Below are positions 1-64,000 of a stretch of 64,000 nt of DNA, piece after piece. The notes below the pieces were generated by a model. The model searched no databases. It had not been told where the DNA came from and worked only from the letters and a program-made list of their open reading frames with translations. Each line of letters begins with the position of its first letter. Position 1 is the first letter of the stretch. Source of the stretch: the human T2T-CHM13v2.0 reference genome, Homo sapiens; NCBI RefSeq assembly GCF_009914755.1, contig NC_060928.1; one strand, 5' to 3'. A program made the position numbers and the translations under genes.

Positions 1-54
1 AATATTTTACTCTTCCTCCCTCTCTCCACTTCTTGCTTTCAAATGATATTGTGA

Positions 55-570
<516 letters not shown>

Positions 571-1470
571 ACTCCAAAATAAATTCCTTCTCAAAAGGTA
601 TTACTATCTAAAGTTTTTGTATGCTCCAACCCATGGTGGGCTGTAGCTGATGATTTCACACATGGAGACATATCTGAATCCAGAGTAAAGAGATTTAAAC
701 AGTGAAGCTAAGACCCTTACAATACATGCACATAAATATCTTAAGCCCAGGTACAAATGATAAACCAAGAATGAAAGAGTCACATGAAAACCCTTTAAAA
801 GCTGAATGGAAAGCGAGATATCAAAGGAAATTATCTAAAATACAGAAGTCAAACAGTCCACCAGACTAGCCATCATTGAGGACAATAGAAATAAATGAGG
901 CAAAGCATTCAGAAGATGGAAGGAAATTACTGTACCCCCAAGAAATAGTGTTATTTTGCCCTGGATTTGTATATCATTGACCTTAAAAAAGCATCTGTAA
1001 TGAAAGCTTCAAAATCAGAGGTGGGTATAAGATTTCCCCAGATATAAATTTAATGAAAGATTCAAATAAAATCAGTGGGAGTCATATTGCTTATACAAAA
1101 TGACATACAGCCTGTTAACTGAACAAATAATTTATTAACACTGTAAACAAATATTATGCCATGAAGACAACTGGAAAATAAACACACAAAAATCTTTGAA
1201 ACCTTGAGCAAAATACCTCCCAAAGAACAAAAACCAAGTTGTCAAGTATATCTTTAGAAAATCGGAAGTGAATGAAAAAAGAGAGTGTGTTCTTATTCAA
1301 AAAGCTAATATTCTATCTCATTGTGATCCTCTTTCTACTTGAAAAACAACTATTCTGTCCTGAGGCTATGTTTTCATTTGTGTTTTTATTTAGTGCTTTT
1401 CCAACATTTGAAGTGCCTGGGACATTATGGTTTTCAATAAATGTTTGTTGAGTGAATATGTAAAATCTGC

Positions 1471-1968
1471 TGTACTCTTTTTCTGTGGCTGCTGTAACAA
1501 ATTACTACAGACTTGGCTTAAAATAACAGAAATGTATTCTTTCACATTTTTGGAGGCCAGAAGTCCAAAATGAATATCACTAGGCCAAAATCAAGGACAG
1601 CAGGGTCATCTTGATCCAGAAGCTGTAGGGGAGAATCTGTTGCTTCCCTCTTCTGGTGACTGCCAGCATTCCTTGGCTTGTGGCTGCATCACTCCAATCT
1701 TAAAGACCAGCACCTTCAGTAGCACCTTCAAATCTCTCTCTGCTCTGTCTTTACATCACCTCTGTCTGTGTGTAAAATCTCTCTGCCTCCCTTTTATAAG
1801 GACACATGAGATCATATATTAGGACCTATCCTAATAGTACAGGATAATCTTCCAACTCAAGATCTTAAACTTAATCATATCTGCAAAGACACTTTAAAAA
1901 AAACTATATTTTGTAACATGCACAGGTTCCAGGGATTATCAAGTGGATATCTTTTGGAGGGGGGCATG
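1471..1968 (-). mobile_element. MaLR LTR (MLT1C/D-like)
   Basis: ggctgctgtaacaaattac...ggcttaaa..aacagaaatgtattct...ggaggccagaagtcc, typical MLT1 antisense text. Confidence 0.8.
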
Positions 1969-3229
1969 TTTTTTTTTTAGCTTAAGGCAAAAGCATTCTA
2001 AAAAAGTCATAAACTGAAAACAGAAGAGATGCTAAATAAAGGGAACAGCAACAGGAGAAATAATGTTTCTATTATCCATATGGATGACTTTGATCATCTT
2101 AATGCAGTTTAAGTCTTTACTTCCAAGGAAAACAAAAATTGAAGACAACTTTATTTGGTTAAAGTTAATGTGGCAATAAAGAAATTTTCAAACCAAACAG
2201 CTAGCACTAATAAATAAAAATTGTAAAATTATAGGCCTTTTCTTTGAAATAAATAATTAATATTACCTAAGGTAAAGAAAGGGTGTATTAGAATTTTTGT
2301 GGAGAACATAATCCAAAATAATCATTGCTAGTATAATTCACTTGGACTCTTTATGGAGTAAAAGAATATTGGATGAAATAGTTTCCCTATACCAACGTTA
2401 TTTTTGCAGACTTCTGCAGATAGAAGAGAAGAAAATATTGCCAAGAATTCTGATACCATAAAGGCTGAAAGGAAATGTTGAGTAAATTAAACATTTCAGG
2501 AAGTTTTAAAACTCTTCAGAATACAGAACTATTATTTAGTGCACTGAAAAAATATATATAATTTCAAAATTCTTAGAACAACAGAAATCTAGACTATATT
2601 ATCACTATTATTTTTCTCCTGCTGTTTTTATATCCAACCACTTTCTCCCAATGCATTATTGCACATTAGGGAACTCAATACAAATGCAGTTAAAAATTAT
2701 AGGAATCATAAATTTTTTAGTTTTATTTTGTTTGCTTTTCCAAATATTTTCAAAATCTCTACCTGCTGAGAACAAGGCAGGGCTTTACATATATGCCTTT
2801 AAGAATATTAAGAATATTCACTATTATTTCTTTTAAGGCTTACATTTTGAAGTTTATCTTAGCATTCCTTACCTAATAAATATTTGTTGGAAAGTAAATA
2901 TTTATTTAGTCAACAAATATTTGTTGAGTTATTGAATGAATGAATAAATGAATAAATAAATAGTGGCTAAGAAACACTTTTCTGGCAGCAGGGGGTGGGG
3001 GGACGGGGGAAGAAAGTGAAGTGAACAGATTCTCTCTAGAGTGATCCAAATGGCTAACAGGAGCATAATTCTTGCTTGTGAAATGACATCTCCTGGCATT
3101 CAGGGATTAGTGGTGAGAGACATTATGAGCATCAGTCTGGGTATCCCAGAAAACTGCAGAGAATTCTCAAATCAGCCTGGAAACAACAAGGAATAGAGAA
3201 GATAGAAACTTATTGTTTCACTGATTTTT

Positions 3230-3531
3230 ATTTTTATTTTTTATTTTTTTGAGACAGAGTCTTGCTCTGTTGCCCAGGCTGGAGTGCAGTGACGTGATCT
3301 CAGCTCACTGCAACCTCACCCTCTGGGTTCAAGCGATTCTCCTGCCTCAGCCTCCTAAGTAGCTGGAATTACAGGTGCCCACCACCACGCCCAGCTAATG
3401 TTTGTACTTTTAATTGAGACAGGGTTTGACCATGTTGGCCAGGCTGGTCTTGAACTCCTGGCCTCAAATGATCCACCTGCCATGGCCTCCCAAAGTGCTG
3501 GGATTACAGGCGTGAGCCACCTCACCTGGCC
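3230..3531 (-). mobile_element. Alu (AluS-like)
   Basis: Full dimer; TGATTTTTATTTTT-like target duplication. Confidence 0.95.
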
Positions 3532-4195
3532 TGATTTTTATTTTTTATTAAATTATGTTTGGTGTGTTTTGGAGGTTTATTTTCCTTCTCATCTATTTTG
3601 AAAGTCCTCCTTTTTCCTCTCCCTTTCCTTTGCCTCTTGTCTCTTTCTTCTTCTCCTTTTCCTCATCTTTCCTCCCTCTCCCTTTATTGTGCCAGTCATT
3701 GGACAAATTCATCATTTTCCCACCAATAAAAATTAGATGTGGCATGCTGAACATTTTATGTCTTAAAACTACTCCTGACATCTGCATCAGTTTTCAGCTC
3801 TTGGAAAAAGTTAATCTAGTTCACTTAGTCTTAAAACCAACTGAACCTTTTAAAACAGTTGTTGACGCCAAATAAAAGATGACAAATAGGGCACAGGCAT
3901 TGGAAATACAGGTGAATTTACCAGCATCAGAAAGAACATGGCCAATATGGCTTTAGACCTCACGGTTAGCCAAGTCAGTTGCAATGACTCTCTCCTTTTT
4001 CAACTCTCACAGCTCACTAAACCTTTAAAGTTTGGAAATGGCTGAATTGACCAAGGGTGTTTATAGAATTTATGAGTTTAATAATAGTGGCCCTGTGGCA
4101 AGATGGAAAGAAACTGGTTCGGGCCCTCCTTGTTCCCTATGTATACAGCCTAATTTGCAGATTCTATTTCCTCCATTGTGAATCTAACTTGCCAC

Positions 4196-4433
4196 TTTTT
4201 TTTTTTTTGAGACTGAGTCTCGCTCTGTCGCCCAGGCTGGAGTGCAATGGCATGATCTCGGCTCACTGCAACCTCCGACTCCTGGGTTCAAGCAGGATTC
4301 TCCCACCTCAGCCTCCCGAGTAGCTGGGATTACAGGCACCTGCCATCATGCCCTGCTAAGTTTTGTATTTTTGTAGAGTCGGGGTTTCACTGTGTTGGCC
4401 AGGCTAGTCTTGAACTCCTGACCTCAGGTGATC
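4196..4433 (-). mobile_element. Alu, 5'-truncated
   Basis: poly-T plus Alu body ending at caggtgatc. Confidence 0.92.
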
Positions 4434-4559
4434 AGCCTTGAACCATAGCATTCAGCTCAGATCACTGATTAAAGGGCCAGCCAAATAATCACACAGTAGT
4501 GTTAATTGCTGACTACATTTCCTGAGATGCTCCTAGTGCCCAGGTGAGCCAGCAGCACA

Positions 4560-5023
4560 TGTTATGGTATGGCTATGGCTTGTTTGTTCCAACGGAAACG
4601 CATGTTGAAATCGGATCCCCAGTGGCAGTGTTGTGAGGTGGGGTCTAATGGGAGGTGTTTAGGTCATGACAACTCTACCCTCATGGGTGGCTTGGTGCCC
4701 TTCTGTATTCTACAACAGTAAATGAATTCTTGCTCTGGCAAGACTGAATTAGTTCTTGTGGGAATGAATTAGCTCCCGTGAGACTGCGCTGTCATAGAGC
4801 CAGGATGCACCTTGGGTTTTGCAACTTTACACGTGTCTGCTTCCCTTTTGACCTTCCCTAACGTTGTAATGGTGTGAAAGCCCTCGCCAGAAGCCAAGCA
4901 GGTGCTGGTGCCATGCTTCTTGTGCTTCCTAGCCTACAGAAATGTGAGCTAAGTAATCCTCTTTTCTCTATAAATTACCCAGCCTCAGGTATATGTTATA
5001 GCAACAAAAAACAGACTAAGACA
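4560..5023 (+). mobile_element. MaLR solo LTR (MSTB/MSTC-like)
   Basis: TG...CA ends; ends in taaattacccagcctcaggtat...gactaagaca; near-identical 5-bp TSD gcaca/gcacc. Confidence 0.88.
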
Positions 5024-6960
5024 GCACCGTGTATACACAGAAGGCCCAATAGCTCTGTAGGATGTGTAATTCCTGGTACCTAATAGAAAAGCTTTAAATG
5101 GAAGCTGTAAGTGAAAAAGAGAGGTGCATACTTGGCCTTTGATGTTACAGTGAGTCTCTTGCATCAGTCTACCGCCTATGGGAAGGAATTTGCCAAGAAT
5201 TTCCTCACCTACTCAAGATCAGATGTGATTTCCAGGTCTTCACCCCAGGGAATGTCTTTCTAGTCTTTTCTGGAATTCGAACAGAGTTTCTCTCAACATT
5301 CCTGGCACAGTATGTCTGTTAACCCCTCCCATTCTGGATTATTGTTTTTCCTTCCTCTCCTTGTTCATTTATTTGTTCATTTGTTATTCACTAAGAAATC
5401 AATAAACATTTATTGAGTATTGAATAGGGAACAGATATCTATTGAATGTTAAATAAGGAACAGGAGCAGATACTGGAATTTTAGTACTCAAAGTAGATCA
5501 CGATAATGTATGTATCAAAAGGGATGGAGATTGTCATATAGAACCTACAGTAAACTGTTGTTCTTTCACTCCACTGGCTTGGACCTGATAAGTGGAAATT
5601 GACCAGCAGTAGTCGTTTGAAATTATTTATATCCAATGTAGATTCATTCAACGTAAGATTACCCAATATGGTCTATTTAATCTAGGAGGGTGCCTGTGAT
5701 GGTGCACATGCTGGCCCTTCTACCTCTGCTCATCTGGCTGTATTAGGTCACCCTAATATGCTGATCCTCACAAGATGTGGTGCCCTTCATTGGATGCAGT
5801 CAGCTCACACAGGTTGGTACTAATAAGATACTGTGGCTAGAACTGGGCTGTGGACTCAAAACCTACACACACACACACCCCATATGTGGACTTAGGGTAT
5901 TTTATTTCTTCTGGCAAAAAAAAATGCATTTAAATAGTATATTCATTATGGTAGAATTTCAGGCAGAGTAGTAGAGCTTTTTCATAGCAGGTGGCCATTC
6001 TTAATCTTCCTTAAGTGTACCCAACCCAAAGGTCTATTATCTTCTCTGTACATAAGACCTGGTGATAAGATTGTTGTCTTTGTAAATAAGGGCAAGTTTA
6101 AGAGATTTCATATATGTTTGCCACAAGGTCAAGTTTAAGAGATTTCAAATGTTTGCCACATCTGAGATTTTAAAAAATACTTCCAGTTTAACATAATTTT
6201 ATGTACATTCTTCCAAATACTTTTTGCTTTTCCTTTCACTATGTTTAGGTAAATTTGAGCCACATTTTTGCCTTTCATTCCTAAGAAACATATCAAAATA
6301 TTTGACCCATCAAACATTTATTGAAATGTCAGATGATCTTTTCAATAAAAAGAGGGTTTCAAGGGCTAAAATTCAGGAAGTTAATGTGCCAAACTTAAAC
6401 ATACTGTGATCTCAAGAAGTTTAGGATTGCTTCAGAATGTAAAATTAATCAATACAAGATGGGCCTACAATTTAGAAAAACATATCCCTTTTTCCTTTAA
6501 TTCTTTTTCTGTTACTACTATTTTGTGAGAAAAACAGCAGAAATGTTACAGAGTAAAATGGACCCGTTTGCTTTTAAAGTTTTGTTTTTTGTTTGTTTGT
6601 TTAGTTTGTAATTTAGAACCGTTTGAAACAACGTTTCTCAGAGTGTGCTCTGTGGAACAGAGGGCCCTCAAAAGGTACCTCACCAGAAAAAGCTGTCTTG
6701 TCAACTAAATGGGGAAAGTACTCCGTCGTGTTTCCTCTCTGGGAGGCTCACAATGTGTGTCACCATCTGGAGGCTCTGCAAGAATGGAGAGTAGTAAAAG
6801 AAGATTTTTCACTTTAACCCAGCATTGTTTGCTTGGCAAGTAGATCTGTTAATATCCATGGATTGTATCTGGGGAAATACCAAGTTTTTCATAGTTACTT
6901 AACCCTTGAATATTTATCCTCCTCAGAGCATGGAAGCAAGCAGTAGAATGCGATCGTTGA

Positions 6961-7290
<330 letters not shown>

Positions 7291-8109
7291 AGATATATGG
7301 ACTTTAGACTCAGACAACGTGGGTTCAAACCCCAGTTCTGCTATTTGCCAGGTGTGTGACCTTGAGCAATAGCTTAACCTCTCTAAATGTCAGTCCATAG
7401 CTAAGCTGCCAGTAAATATGAAGTTCATTGCGATTTTTCTTCCTGAGCTTGTCATTCAGAAACAAAATGATAGATTTGCATGGATGATGGATTTCCCAAC
7501 AGGTCAATTTTCACATCTGGAATCTACTTTAAACGTGCTCTACCACATCAAAGTCTAAGGAAGTCAATCTCACTTGGAGGCACACTGCAGAGACAAGTAG
7601 GCCTTCTTCCTTGTCCCTCTGTCCTTTCAGACTTCTCCCCCTCTTGTTCCCTCTCTCTTCTTAAGCTTTCCAGCTCCACTACTGCTTTGGCTAATTTCTT
7701 TGGGTTCCCCCTCTCTCATTCACCCAGCACCAGCTGAACTGATTTAGGTTTACCTGGCTATGCTTTCCAAATCTAATTCGACAAATATTTACTGAGTACC
7801 TAGGTGGTCCTTGAATCACCCTGAGCACCCAATTCCAGGATATGACTTCTTCAAAGGACAGAATTGGAATGTTAACATAATATGAGGGAAAAAAAATAAA
7901 AGAAAACACTTAGCTTCTTTAGCAAGCTATCTGATAAAATAGCTGAAATTCAAGAAGCCCTTTAGTTAGGAGGGAGAGATTGCGAACACAACAGGAAGAA
8001 GCCCCAGGCTGAGTGGCAAAGGTTGAGATTTTCTATCGTAAGCACACCTCACCCAAACGCTTGCTCCCTGAAAGCTGCTGACGGAGCTTTGGCGAGGGCT
8101 CATCCTCCC

Positions 8110-8220
8110 GTTGGCTGATAAGCGAAGCCCTGTTTTATATTTAACTCGCTGCAGTGCAGGAGGGGTAGGGGTGGAGATGCGTCGTTTATAAGGGGAGCTG
8201 TGACAATCTTCTTGCCAGCC
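8110..8220 (+). promoter_or_regulatory. ENPEP: ENPEP core/proximal promoter
   Basis: TATA-like TTTATAA 8185-8191; GT-box GGGGTGGAG near 8168; GATA site TGATAA near 8115; degenerate HNF1-like site near 8132-8145; locally elevated CpG. A TSS near 8210-8220 is inferred from TATA spacing. Confidence 0.6.
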
Positions 8221-8444
8221 CTCTTCCTCCCACTCGGCTCCTCTTACGGAGTCCTCATTCCACCCCCCTTGTTTCCGCATTCATCCTGAGTGGCTGGTGG
8301 GAACGTGAAAAGGGAGAGGAAAAGGCGCAAGAAGCCAGAGAGAGGGGTGTGGGAAAAGCGAAAACAGGCTGCCAAATCAGGGGATTCCTTCCAATTTAAA
8401 AAGGAAGTCTGCTGACGTTAGTTAGTTAAATTTAACATCTTTTT

Positions 8445-8459
8445 ATGTGTAACACTTGA
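8445..8459 (+). other. Upstream ORF (Met-Cys-Asn-Thr-stop) in the inferred 5' UTR
   Basis: ATG TGT AAC ACT TGA, ending 14 nt before the ENPEP ATG. Confidence 0.6.
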
Positions 8460-8473
8460 CTTTGGAAGCAAAA

Positions 8474-63338
<54,865 letters not shown>

Positions 63339-64000
63339 GTAAATATTATTAATTGATTTATTTCTTCTTTGAATTGATGTACCACATTAAACTAATATAA
63401 GTATAAAGATGCAACAGTAAAGCTGGAACTTATGTAAACTTCAGCTAAGTGATCTCTTAAATAATTTATTGATGATTCCAAATCTTCATCTACAATCAGA
63501 ACTGTTATACCTTGAGATATTCTTTTCAATGATTTATCTTGACTGACTGATTTATCATAAATACCCATATCCAAAGGAGAAGGGTCGCATGCCCAACAAT
63601 TGGAAGATCAATGTGTAAGTTTCCTTCCTTCCTTCCTTCCTTTTTGTTTTTTCTTTTATCAGATAAGCCATTGAATTTCTTTAACTGTTATATGACAAGC
63701 CTGAGGATTTTTTTAATGCTCCCATTAAATTAGACCATTTTTTGGAAATATATTTGTGTTCTATCTGCACTGATTTATTTTTTCCTTACTTGAAAAATGT
63801 TAGGGTTGTATAAAAACAAGTAAACCTTCTCACGAAATTCCAGATTGATGAAAAAAATAATAGATAAGGCAAGCTTTAGCTGCAATCTTGGAAAGAATCC
63901 TTCTTTTTATATTTTTTCCATTGTATTTGTTTTGGTGTTTCAAAACTATTTCTTTTCTAAGACAAACCAGACTCATCTTTGCCCCATTTCATGAGGACTT

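Noticed and set aside
2910-2927. 18-bp palindrome TCAACAAATATTTGTTGA
   Set aside because: Lies in an L2 3'-tail (aataaatatttgttga..tgaatgaa), where this near-palindrome is common
2990-3010. G-rich run as a G-quadruplex or CTCF site
   Set aside because: Only three G-tracts, and mismatches at key CTCF positions
8456-8473. N-terminal extension MTLEAK shown in the ORF track
   Set aside because: It starts at TTG, which the track treats as a start codon. The ATG at 8474 has A at -3 and gives the known ENPEP N-terminus.

Overview
Primate, most likely human, genomic DNA containing the 5' part of ENPEP (glutamyl aminopeptidase / aminopeptidase A, M1 zinc peptidase family, human 4q25) on the + strand. 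It has a TATA-type promoter near 8185-8215 and coding exons 1-11 (ATG 8474 to 63338). The exons total 1807 coding nt, all introns are GT-AG, and the reading frame is intact, including the GAMEN and HEXXH(18)E motifs. The gene continues past the window end. The rest is intronic or upstream DNA rich in Alu, L1, L2, MIR, MaLR/ERV LTRs and DNA-transposon relics; subfamily names and old-repeat boundaries are by-eye estimates. Most notable observations: (1) an MST/THE1-type LTR fragment that appears to have been inserted by L1 machinery; (2) a cryptic module in intron 10 (two diverged ~190-bp copies plus an in-frame candidate exon faintly resembling exons 9-10); (3) an oriented set of CTCF motifs; (4) a perfect HNF1 site inside a DNA-transposon relic; (5) a uORF just before the start codon; (6) a candidate 13-nt poison microexon; (7) an internally deleted L1 with a younger L1 at the breakpoint. 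I see no firm evidence of a wholly new biological system; these findings are hypotheses.
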